DNA of 64,000 nt from Strigamia acuminata (lineage: Eukaryota): NCBI GenBank assembly GCA_949358305.1, contig OX442314.1:30504001-30568000 (forward strand). The letters run 5' to 3'. Below the pieces are notes generated by a model, which saw only the letters and a program-made list of their open reading frames with translations, was not told where the DNA came from and did not search any database. Made by a program: the position numbers and the translations under genes. Numbering within the stretch: the first letter of the stretch is position 1; every line of letters starts with the position of its first letter. Below are positions 23,101 through 34,600 of this stretch, in pieces.

Positions 23101-26100
23101 ACTAGAGGGATTGTGGGTAAGAAGCGTATGCTTACAGGTAGCGGCAACACTAAATCCTTTTTCACTTCCTGTCAATTACCATGTTTACATGGTCACAGTT
23201 TTCCAGATAAGTGAATATTCAGATTATATTTATCTGGATAACCGTTTGCGTTTACATGACGTTAGTTTTCTGGTAAACATGACGTCATACGAGAATTACC
23301 CATACTGTCCTTTGATTATCTGGAACAACAAAATGGCTGTTGATTCATTTCAGCCAAACAAATGAAATGGTGGTTAGGAAAGAGGTTTTTGCTCAAATCT
23401 TTGCAATGGTGCTTAATATGCAAATTCTGGTCCCAAAAATGGTGGTTTTAGCTCAAATCTTTGCAATGGTGCTTAATATGCAAATTCTGGTCCCAAAAAT
23501 GGTGGTTTTAGCTGATCTCACATTGATTTCGGTACCAAATGTCGTTGGTACATAGGCCTAACGTATTTTTAGTACAACGATCCGACGATATCTCGATCCA
23601 AGTTTTTTAATTTTCGCATGCACGGGTGTTTACATGCAGTTTTCAATGCGCAAAACGCCCAAAATCTAGCTTGTACAACTGGAATTTAGTTTTCCAGATA
23701 AGTCTGTCTTTTCTAGAAAACTGATTTGTTTACATGATCAGTTTTCCAGAAAAGTAAAATTCGCATTTTCACTTATCCAGATAACTGGGTACATGTAAAC
23801 ATGGTAATTGTTATGGCTGCCCGAAATCAGCATACAAACAAAATATCCAAATGAGAGCAAATAAATACTGCATGTGCATAGTCTTACATATATACTCTTG
23901 TTCGACTCAAAAGAGTGGCCTTCTCCCATTGGCCGAGCCGTTACATGACTTTTATTTATATTTTTTTTAGTTTAATATAATTTATTTAATTTTTGTTATT
24001 AATTTGTTTGTTTTTGTTAAATTAAATTGATTACTTATTTTTATTTATTTAATAATTTACAACAAACGTTTTCTTCTTAGTTTAAACATTATTCAGCACA
24101 GGTCACATGATAATCGCTTCAGCAGAATAATCGTCATAATTACTTCAGTGTTTCATTTTTGAAACCCTTAATGATTTGCATATCCATCCTAGGGTTTTCT
24201 GGCCTGGCCGCCCCCAAGCTCGAAGTGCCCATGTTTTCTGAACAACCTAAACACCTGGTAGGTACACCCCTGTGGTAGCACAATAAAACACGTGTAACTG
24301 CGTTTTTGAATGCGCCTTGTGGATTGATTGGTTTATGTAGATCATGTGCCTCGATTAACCAAAGACATCTTTGATGCAAGAGCGAGGCACTGCATAGCTG
24401 AAGGGATCAAGGAATTAAACAGATTTGGAAGAAAATATTTTTTCTTAAGAAAAATTAATTTCTTGTGATCTTTAAAATATCTGTGAATAAAATTGAAGGT
24501 AGATACAATAAGGGGTTTCATTAAATGAGCGATTATTGTGATTAGTTGATTATTGCAATAATCGTAATCACTCAATTATTGAGGGCCCAACAAAAATTGA
24601 TTACCGTACTGCCTCGATTTAACGCCGGGGCGTTTATTCATTTTTTCTAGTTGACCCCCCCGGCGTTCATTCAAAGCCCGGCGATTATTCGCGCCGGGCG
24701 TCTACCCGAAAAAAAAAATTGGAAAGCCACTCATTGCTAGCTATTCTTCGATGTTTCGACCAAAAGACCTCTCAAAACGTTTAAAAAACGTTTCAACCCG
24801 GCGTTTAAACAAACCCGGCGTTCATTTAAGGCCGGCGTTTATTGCCATTTCGTCCTCAGTTTGCCCGGCGCTTAATCAGGAGCCGGCGTTTAGATACGAC
24901 CGGCGTTAAATCGAGGCAGTACGGTATGTTATTATTGCGCCGATGGGCGGAATTGTTTAAATTGTAACCTAAATACATTGCAATTGTTTAAAAAAAGTTC
25001 CTACAAATAATAATTGCAACTACCTAACTCGTTTCATGTGTTCAGTTTAACCTAAACTGAGCAGACTGTTATATTATGACCTTGTGTAGTTGAAGCGGGT
25101 CTGGCGCCGCCATGTTGGTTTCAGTTGAGAGAGCACTTATAATCGGCCCAAGTCAGCAAAAAATCATGGTTTGGGGTGATTACTTGATTAGTTGCTTATT
25201 TGATGAAATGATTATTCTCGGGATTGGTTGAACCCAGTCACATAACACATCAACTAATCGATCATTTAATGAAACCCCTTAATAATTGGAGCGTAAGTTT
25301 GTGTTTTTGGTGCTTTTAGTGTACAGTAAACAGAATGAACGCCAAAACAGCCACAAACCAAAAACTGCAAAAACACAAACCACACCTAAGAGTAGTTTTT
25401 CAAGTGGTTTATATACCAGTGCTTCTCAAACTGTGTAATGTAGCGGACAGGTATTTTTTTGTCCCAATGGGTTATGGACCCGTATCATATTCAGTTGCTT
25501 GAATTTTGATTTTGAGTTGGAGCCCCTGACATTGCCACAATGCTTGCAGGAGAAGCATCCACCACAAAAAGGTGAGGAAAAGCAGATACTTGTACTTCCA
25601 GCATCCCGGCCGTTATCAAGTCTCGGTTTTCCGAGACGTGATCAGTAGCATCCGAGACGAGATCTCGTGCTATCAGGCAGGCTTTTGAAATAAACTGACG
25701 TTTTTTAGGGTAAAAAAAAACTTGCGTGCTTTTATAGCACAAAGGAATGTAAAGTGAACGTTAAAGGTCTTAGCCGTTACAAGATACAATAAAAAAGTAC
25801 AAATCACGTTTCGACTTGTAACGTGAATTGTACATTTTTTATTATATCTCGTAATAATGAAATCTCGTTTTGCCGAGACCGAGACCCTGAGACTAAAAAA
25901 ACCGAGATCTCCGGGACCGAGATTACGAGACGAGTGAGATCTGGAAGTATAGGAATAGCAGAATTTTGCTGAAGTGGAGGACTTCTACTTTCCATTTCCT
26001 TGTGGAACTCAATAACTAATGCTGGGCGCACACATACCGCGATTTCGCGTCGCGTCGCGATCGCGTTGCCATTGCGCATGCGCAGGTGACGTCATTTCCT

Positions 26101-27802
26101 TCGCGCCGGTTCGAAATCTACTTTAGGAAATAGTACTTGAACCAAGTACTATTTCGCCCGCGATTCATGTCGCAGCCAATCCCGTGAGCTCTTTGAAATG
26201 ACGTCACTTCATCAACATTTTCGGTTCCTGTGTGAATGCTGTGGAATGACGTCATAAGATTGAATTCGCAGAGCTGAAATAGCTACATGTGTGTAGCATT
26301 GCGCGCGATTCACAGCGCGATGCGAAATCGCGGTATGTGTGCGCCCAGCATAAGGTATAAGGCAGTGGCTGCGTTCACATCCGACGTAAACGTATTATTT
26401 TCAAGGTGCGCTGTGATTGGTTGAGAGCTAATGATGGCGCTTCGTTTCGTCAATGTAAGTTTTCTCAAATCGATGTATTTCGAAGTGTTAGCTTCTTTTT
26501 TCCTAACAAGGAGGGGCTATGGCCCCCCCTTGACCCCCCAGACCTAACCTTATCTGTTTTTAGCAATGTAGACAGAACGAGGTTTTTCGTCAATGTAATT
26601 CAATGCATCTCTCAACCAATCACAAGGCGCCTTGAAAACAATATGTTCACGTCAGACGTAAAGGTAGCCTTGGATGTACCCGATACAGTCGAACCTCATT
26701 ATAACGAATCGCGATATAACGAATTTTTTGTTCTAACGAACATATAAAAATGGGTTGGTTGGTTGGTTGGTTGGTTGGCCAAGAACACCCTGTTAAAAAA
26801 ATTCGTTATAACGAACTTTCGTTATAATGAACCGATTTTTCGAGTCTCTTGTGATTCGTTAGAACGAGGCTCGACTGGATAGTCATGTCTCTAATTAAAC
26901 GCCTGGTCTCAAATTACTGTCGAGGACCTAAAATGGAGGATTCATAGTTCAGTTTTAAAAAAAAAGAAGCGAGCTTGTTTGTCTAAATTGCCAGAAGGTG
27001 GCAGAATTCAACAAAATGTAGAGCAGGAATTGAATAATCGAGAATGATATAATCACTAGAAAAGACTTGGATCATTCATGTTCAAATCCCAGTTCAGTTG
27101 TGAATCCACAACTGAATTGAATGGAGAAAATTTGCTAAACCAGCATCAATTGATGCAGAAGTGACTCAAGCCCAGATTCCATTGCTTTGCACCGGAAATG
27201 CAAATAGAAAATTGCGAAATTTTAAAGTTGGAAACAGAATAAATAACAATTTAAAAAAATAAAATAAAAATGATGAAATTATTTCGGAAAATTTCCAAAT
27301 CATTAACGAAACGGTGCGCAGCAAACGCGCACACAAAACAATAAAACTAGGCCTAACTATTTCGATTTCACATTTGCACAATTTTCCAAATTATTTTTTT
27401 TCTATCTAATTTTTATTTTCATGCAAGCATTATTTTTTCCCCCCTCATTTTTCTCTTTCGTTTATCATTTGCTCTTTCCAGGCTCTATCTATCTATTCTT
27501 TTAATTTGGACCGGTCTATTTCCTCGCTTCCAGGGTAACCAGTTTTTCAATGAGTTACCGATCAATGGACGACGTCGCCATCTAGCGGCCAATTCCCGCA
27601 ACCGAGTCGCTGCGAACGGCGTGCCAAACAACCGTCCGCAACAACACGCAAACGTCAACCACACTTACAATTTCCTAACCTTTAACGTTTTAACTGTCCA
27701 CCCGTCATTTAACCGGGTCGAAATATCAACCAATTGTTTGGCCGACATTAAAAAATCTTCCCACGATATCGTTCCCGAAATACTTCCCTCGGAGGCCGCC
27801 AT
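20117..27802 (-). CDS. Atg10: ATG10, E2-like autophagy conjugating enzyme; join(complement 27680-27802,22096-22200,21927-22041,20381-20478,20117-20314), 212 aa
   Basis: ISWEDF...DGW N-terminus; YEYHIVYSIAYCTPVLYF; DG.RL..EAIW; TQQ.HPV..RPYYQLHPC (catalytic Cys); YLICWLSTVG..VGL. All introns are GT-AG and the 639 nt are in frame. Confidence 0.95.
21201..21770 (+). mobile_element. pogo/Tigger-family internally deleted DNA transposon with a CENP-B-type HTH transposase remnant
   Basis: Perfect 27-bp TIR CAGTCGAAACTCTTTATAACGAATCGC and TA target duplication; internal MAAK*KAILIYDKLNIIDAIDNGKKPSIIAEEFNLSCSTISTILRNRNKI (21468-21674) resembles the N-terminal HTH of Tigger transposases. Confidence 0.9.
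23173..23810. mobile_element. non-autonomous TIR element containing an exact 60-bp tandem duplication (23391-23510)
   Basis: 19-bp perfect TIR CAATTACCATGTTTACATG; subterminal TTTTCCAGATAAG repeats. Confidence 0.7.
24511..25279. mobile_element. PIF/Harbinger-like non-autonomous element hosting the 24604 MITE
   Basis: TIR AGGGGTTTCATTAAATGA / TCATTTAATGAAACCCCT with TAA/TTA-like flanks. Confidence 0.65.
24604..24924. mobile_element. Tc1/pogo-type MITE
   Basis: Perfect 25-bp TIR CCGTACTGCCTCGATTTAACGCCGG; TA target duplication; internal CCGGCG repeats. Confidence 0.85.
26020..26350. mobile_element. PIF/Harbinger-like MITE
   Basis: TIR of about 29 bp, TGCTGGGCGCACACATACCGCGATTTCGC; TAA duplicated on both sides. 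Confidence 0.85.
26367..26669. mobile_element. MITE with CCAAT-containing long subterminal inverted repeats; second copy at about 13256-13745
   Basis: GGCTGCGTTCACATCCGACG...GCTGTGATTGGTTGAGA / TCTCAACCAATCACA...GTAGCC; the same ends and an internal poly-C block recur at 13256-13745. Confidence 0.7.
26686..26877. mobile_element. pogo/Tigger MITE (same family) with an internal (GGTT)n expansion
   Basis: TA-CAGTCGAACCTC...GAGGCTCGACTG ends; shared core. Confidence 0.8.
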
Positions 27803-28629
27803 TTTGGCTTCCAAGACCAGCGGGAGGCGAAAAGAACAGCGGAAGTAGCCAAGATGGTTTCCATTCGACAAACAGGGAGAAAACCGCAGTTGACAAAACC
27901 AAAAGTTTATTCCCATTTTTAGCACTTTTCCACACACGAATTAAACAAAAAAAATATTTGAAAAAAATTTATTTTTATTCCAATTTATAAATTCCATCCA
28001 TTTTTAATTTTTTTTTCTTCAAAATAAATCAAAATAAATAAATCCAAGATGGCGACTGGCGAATAAACAAACCCAGCAATGGGCGATTAATTGCACAACC
28101 CGACACACGATGTCAGCCAATCTGCAGTTATCCTAACGACAGAAAATGTAAGCTGCTTCGGTTATTTACAACCCATGCTCGAATCTCTAATGTGGCCGTT
28201 CCAAGCATCAGCGCCACAACGGCCGAACCCCGCGCAACAAAAGTTGCCTTCCCGAGTAACCCACCCGCACAACCAACCCCAAAAACCCCCAAACTAAATC
28301 GGCAAAAGCCCAATCTAAATTCCCACACCAATTCCCCGTCAAATCCGCCCGTCCTCGCCCTCAAAACCCGGTGAAATCGCGACCAAACGGCGGGAGTCGG
28401 CCATCATCCGCACTCACCCACATCAATTTTTGTAACAACCAATCAGAAACGGGCTATACCCCAACCAGTATTTACGCAAACAAAAGTTTCAAGGGTTCCC
28501 CTTAGCAACCACACCGAACGACCAATGAGCGCGCGGGCTTTGACAGGTCCATTGACGTTTCTATGGTAACCGGGTCAGTCTCAACCTTGATGGGCTTGAC
28601 AGGTTGTCTGACATTTCCAACTTTACAGC
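27803..28629. promoter_or_regulatory. bidirectional promoter Atg10/Ssdp
   Basis: About 830 bp between divergent ATGs; CpG-rich; CCAAT boxes near 28439 and 28522; X-box-like GTTCCCCTTAGCAAC (28495-28509) and GTTTCTATGGTAAC (28557-28570); TGACAG motifs; CAAGATGGCG at 28044. Confidence 0.7.
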
Positions 28630-31600
28630 ATGTACGCTAAGGGGAAAGGATCGACTGTACCGTCGGATGCTCAAGCCCGAGAAAAGTAAGTGAACGGTGT
28701 ACGCGCCGAGCCCGCTCGCACTCGTAGCGAACAAAGGCCTAGCCGGGGCAGGCCGCGCCCGACCGGGCCGGGCGCATGGCCGCCGCCGTCGCGGGGAAGA
28801 AAGCTTTTCGTTTCGCGGCGCGGTGTGCTTCTCCTTTTCTCGCCATAATGGCTGTTCCGTTTACCGCGCGCTCAAAGATGGCGTGCGGGTTTTCTTTATC
28901 AGGCGATACAAAGAGACGAGGCGTTAAAGTCACGTTTGCGGAGGGTTTTTCGCGTTTTGATGTTGCGGAAAAATAAATGGAAATGGGGTTTGATGGTTCG
29001 GGGCATTGACAATGCGGGAATTGGGCGGAAAGTGCGTGAAATTTGGCTCGTTTTCGGGGGTTTTTCGGGGAGGGGGGTTGTTAAGCGATTGTTATATTGT
29101 TGCTTTTTGCTTATTTTTGATATTAAATTCTGCCTTTTTCTCTCTCTTTTTCATAGGTTAGCATTGTATGTTTATGAATACTTACTCCATGTGGGTGCAC
29201 AGAAGGCGGCACAGACATTCCTATCAGAGGTGAGAAACGTATGTTTTTCAGTTTTGAAAAATTATAAAATTTATTATTTTCTAATAGATTTTATCTTTTT
29301 TTATAACTTAAAATGGTGTTCATATAATTATTCCTAAAGTGTTTTAAATTTTCAAAGTATTTACCGTAGTTTGCTTTGAGGATTTTTTTTTCTTGAATTC
29401 TGTTGAATTTTTTTTATTTTTTTATTTTTTTTTATTTTTTGGTAAAAAAGAAAATAATTTATTTTTTAATTTTCTTAAAAAAATTTTACAAATTGAAATT
29501 TGTGTTGGATATTTTCCTATGTACTATTGAAATTATTTTTTAAATTCTTTTCTAGATCCGGTGGGAAAAAAATATCACATTAGGAGAGCCTCCAGGGTTT
29601 CTACATTCATGGTGGTGGTGAGTATTTTATTTTATTTTATTTTATTTATTTATTTGTTTATTTATTTATTTATTTTTTTATAAAAAAAATAAATAAATAA
29701 AACCAAGCAATAAATAAATAGAAACGATACAAATTTAATAAATACGGAGTCTAAATAGACAAAACAGAAAGATTAGTCGAATGTTTTCGAAAGACTCCGA
29801 AAGATGTCTGTAAAATCTAAAATGGACAAAATTTCAATTTTTCTATATCAATTACAGACTTTGTTGTGTACATTTCTTTATCTCACGATGCAGAGACCAC
29901 CTGTTTGTGTTTGCTTGAATTTTTATTTTTAAAAAAATAAAAATAAAATATATTTTATTTTATTCATTATTTTTTACTTTGCAGTGTATTCTGGGACTTA
30001 TATTGTGCAGCACCTGAACGGAGGGACACTTGCGATCATTCTAGTGAGGCAAAAGCATTTCACGATTATGTAAGTTCGTATAAAATATACTTTTCCTCGT
30101 TGAGTTACCGGGTGGAAAGTGCATCGCAAGGACTGTAATTCCACAAAACGTGCTGAAAAAATCTCTGTTGGAGATTCCATTTGGCAGAAAATTTTATTTA
30201 TTTTTATTTTTATTTATTTAAAAAAAAAAAATTAATATATAAAAATAAAAAAAAGTTTTTTTTCGCCTTGTTTTCATACCTGTTGTGTACTAGTGGACTT
30301 TGATGTGGAGGAAGTGCACAAACCGAAAGTAGAGATATTCAGTCATGACGTTAGCAACACTTCCTGTGGTGAGCAACCCCGGAAGTATGCCCCACCCCGG
30401 TTTCAAATTGGAAATTTGAAATAACTAAGCGTGGATTAATTTATTTTTTTTTTAAAAAAAAAATAAACAAAATAAACAAAATAAAATGCAACCCAAATAG
30501 AAATTGCATGGAAAACGTGTGTGGAAATTTGGATAAACAATTGATGCATTTCGAGCGGCGTAAATAAGCGAAAAGGTTATGCAATAGTTTGAGGCAGGAA
30601 TGTTATTTTTAGGGCTGGTAATTGAGGGTGGTTTAAAAATGTTTAATAGTTTATTGATATTTGGTTAATTGGGTCAAGTTAGACCGAAATAATCGATTAA
30701 AGGTCGAGTGCACGGTTGGGATGGATGATTATTCGTGTTTTGAGTCGATGTTTTAGTGTTGGTCGAGTATTTTTGTTGATTTATGCAAAGTTTATCGTAA
30801 TTAGCAGGTTTTTGAATCAAACGTTTAGTAATTTTTCGGTTTATGATGAAATGGGAACGAAGTTTAGATTTAGATCGAGTTCGGTTGGCAGCCATTTTGA
30901 ATTAGACTTGGAGAATTCTCATTGGGCGGTGTTGCATTTCACCGATGCGATTGGCGGAGAGAAATGACGTAATTTCAAACGAATTCTTCGCGATTGGCTG
31001 TAAAATACGTGAGATTATCGAGTTTTTGGATTATCGGGGAAGAAATTCATTTCGTCACGAAATCCGACGGATTTAAACCCAAGAACACGTTGGTTTGGAT
31101 GTTGTGACGTCATTTTGACAGCAAAAATGGCCGACGAGATGCTTTTATTGTGATTAAATAATTGATTTTCAATTGATTTCGTGCTCGTGTGGGATGCAAT
31201 GGCCAAAAAACGAGCAAAAACGTCCAAAAACGAGGCAAAAATGAGGGGAAAATGGCGGAATTGAAGCGAAAAAGGTGAAAATTGAATTTTTTATTCGGTC
31301 ACAATTGAATACCACTGGTGGTGGTTAATTGTCTAATACAATTTCCGAGTAATGAATTTATTATGGAGTGTAAAATAAAACGCTGGGAGTTTATTTGGAG
31401 GGATTTGATCTTATTTTGCTTATGCAGACAGAATTCTAGCTACAGAATAATGACAGATCAATGCTTGCCAAAGCCAACCACCCCTCCGATAATAAAAATT
31501 TGGAATATTCCAACAAGTCTCCATCCTACCAAGGATTCTCCTCTTTCCATTCTAAGGTGTACGCTCGCAACAAAAATTACATTTTCGCTCTCGAAAACCC

Positions 31601-34600
31601 CAAAACCGACCAAACCACACACGAAAAACAAAATGTCTAATTCCCCCATGCGCTAATTAACCAAAAAAAATTAATTTGGAGCGTTTTAGGCCTAAAAATG
31701 GATGAAAATGGTCGAAAATGGCGGAAATTGGACGAAAAATTCGATTTTTTCGTTTTGTTTTTGGAGAATTGTTCGTTTTTTTTGTGTGGAACAAAGTTTG
31801 CGGTGAAGTTTTGAATATTTTGAATGGTTTATTAACCATTAGAGGAGTTGGCTTTAATTAAGACAGAAGGAGAAATGGGTTCTTCTCTGGGAGCAAGGTC
31901 GCCCAGTTTGCTTACCTGTATAAAAAGGGCGGGAAAAATTGCCTCTCCCGAGGCTACTAGTCCGGCAAGACGGGGGGGAGGGAAGAGAGACAAACATGGT
32001 CCTTTTTAGTCTGCTTGCGATTTCAAACTGAGGCAGTGCGTTGATAAAATGTCAACGGTCATTTGGTTGAGGGTGCTGACGTCATTTATTCAAATTCGAG
32101 GTGTTAGCATGGGTGGAATGGGTTTTTTGTCGATTTCTCGGGTTGGGAGTCGTTTTGGGTCCGTTTCGTGTCGATTTTCGGGTTCTGGGGGTGATTTTAT
32201 GTGGGGTTGGGATTTTTTTTGGGTTTGGTGGTGTTTTTTTTGTGTTTTTTGGGAGAATTTTGAGTTATTTTTGATTTTTTTTGGATTTTTAAAATTTTTT
32301 TGAGGGGATTTAGTGCTGACGTGGTTGTGGGGGTTTGGGACTTTATTTTGGATTTTTGGAGGAATGACGTCAATTTCATCAACTTTTTGTTTTAAAATCA
32401 GATTTGGTGTGAATCTGTTAGTCGTTAAGGGCAGCCATGTTGGTTTTGGAGCTTTGCAATGAATTTTGGAGGCGGCCATCTTGGATTTTGATGTGTCTTG
32501 GTTATCATTTTAACTAGTTTTGGTTTTTTAATCAATTTTTTTATTTTTTGGTAGAAAAATTAATGAGTATTGTAAAAAAAATATAAGGTTTTTGGTCGAT
32601 TTTGCATCTTTGGATTTTTTTAACACAAATTTTAATGTTAAATTCGTGTTCCGTGCACAATTTTTGGCAAAAATTTGCTTAGATGCAGGAATTTTATCGA
32701 TAATTTTTGGTTTATAAATCAATTTTTTTTATTTTTATGTCGAAAAATTAACGATTATTATAAAAATGATTAGTTTTTTGTCGATTTTGCATCCTTGGAC
32801 TTGTTTAACACGAATTTTAACACAAAATTCGTGTTCTGTGCCCAATTTTTAACTAAAATGTGCTTAAATGCAGGAATTTTATCGATAATTTTGGTTTATA
32901 AATCAATTTTTTTTTATTTTCAAGTCCAAAAATTAACGATTATCATAAAAATAATTAGTTTTTGGTCGATTTTGCATCCTTGGACTTGTTTAACACGAAT
33001 TTTAACACAAAATTCGTGTTCTGTGCCCAATTTTTAACAAAAATGTGCTTAAATGCAGGAATTTTATCGATATTTTTGGTTTATAAATCAATTTTTATTT
33101 TTATTTTTAAGTCCAAAAATTAACGATTATCATAAAACTAATTAGTTTTTGGTCGATTTTGCATCATTGGACTTTGTTTATCACAAAATTCGTGTTCAAC
33201 ACACAATTCCACACTAAAACCTCACATCTCGAGATTTGTCTCCAATTTAAATTGGTCAAAAACATCGAAATTTCAGCATCTTCAGTGACGAATTAAAAAC
33301 TCGACACTAAGTGAATTGCAATTTCAACTCCCTAAAATCTATTATTTATTTATTAATGCCATACACTTTGTATTTAATCATTCCAAAGGTAAAAAAAAAA
33401 AATTGTTTTTGCCAATTCCGCACGAGCCAATTTGTGAATATTAATCGATTTGTGCACGAGAGAAAAAGAGAAAAAAAGAAGAAATTTTTGTGGATTCAAA
33501 AGCGAGTGGTGCGCGCGCATCTAAAATTCCATTTCTATTTTTCGCACATTTTTGTTTCACATGACGGGAGTGATTGAATAAGGAAGGTGTTGCACAAAGA
33601 TTAGTGATGGTTGGAGTCGACGAGGGCGAAAAAAGAAGGTTAAAAAGCAAAGCAATTGTGATATGGCGAAATGACTAGTTGCTCCATCTGGGTGTGACCG
33701 TGGTCTTGATTCACCTTAGCTGCGGATTCGGTTCACTTGGAGTTGAAAAGGTCTCACGATTTGGTCAATTGCCTTGGAAATGTGTGTTCTGTTTTGGCGC
33801 GCAAGAAAATTGAAAAATTGTCTTAATTTGTAGGGTCAACGCTAAAATAACACAATGTTTGGCGATGTCGATGTTGACATGTTGTCTCATTAAGTATCGA
33901 TGGGTGTCCCACTGAATACCGACTGATGTTCGAAGTTTCTGTATTGTTATTATCTAAACAGTCAATACTTTCTTTATTTAAATGCACCTCTCTCTCACAT
34001 TGTTACAAACAGTTACAACACGGAATTCTGTACTGCGTGTTTTAACACAATTTTATCATTACGCTTGGTGAATAGGCTGCTGAGCATGTGACGTCATAAC
34101 TACTCATACTTCATAATTCACAATTCACTATTCATGATGTCACATGTTCAGCAGCCTATTCACCAAGTTTAATGATAAAATTGGCTTTTTACTCAAAAAA
34201 TAAAAAAGTAGTGTTACAACACACAGTAAAGGATTGTGTGTGTTGTAACTGTTTGTAACAATGTGAGAGAGGTGCATTTAAATTTTTGAAGAAGAAAAAA
34301 ACATTGTTTAGGTCATGTGAATACTTTATTTAAAAATTTTTTTAGCAATTATGGATTACACACTCTTGCGGTCTCCTTGTGAGCCTGGCTCACGCTTGCG
34401 TATACACTATACGCAGCTCAAAATGACGTCACTTCCTGTTAAAATGCGGATTTTCTGCGGATTTTAAAAATGGGAATATTGAGCTGCGTATACGCAAGTG
34501 TGAACCAGGCTTTATGTCGGGTTTTGGTTGTTACATCCAAATCCAAAATGGCTGCCACGAAAGTTAGATCGAGGGGTCAAACTTTTCAATTGCCATGCTG

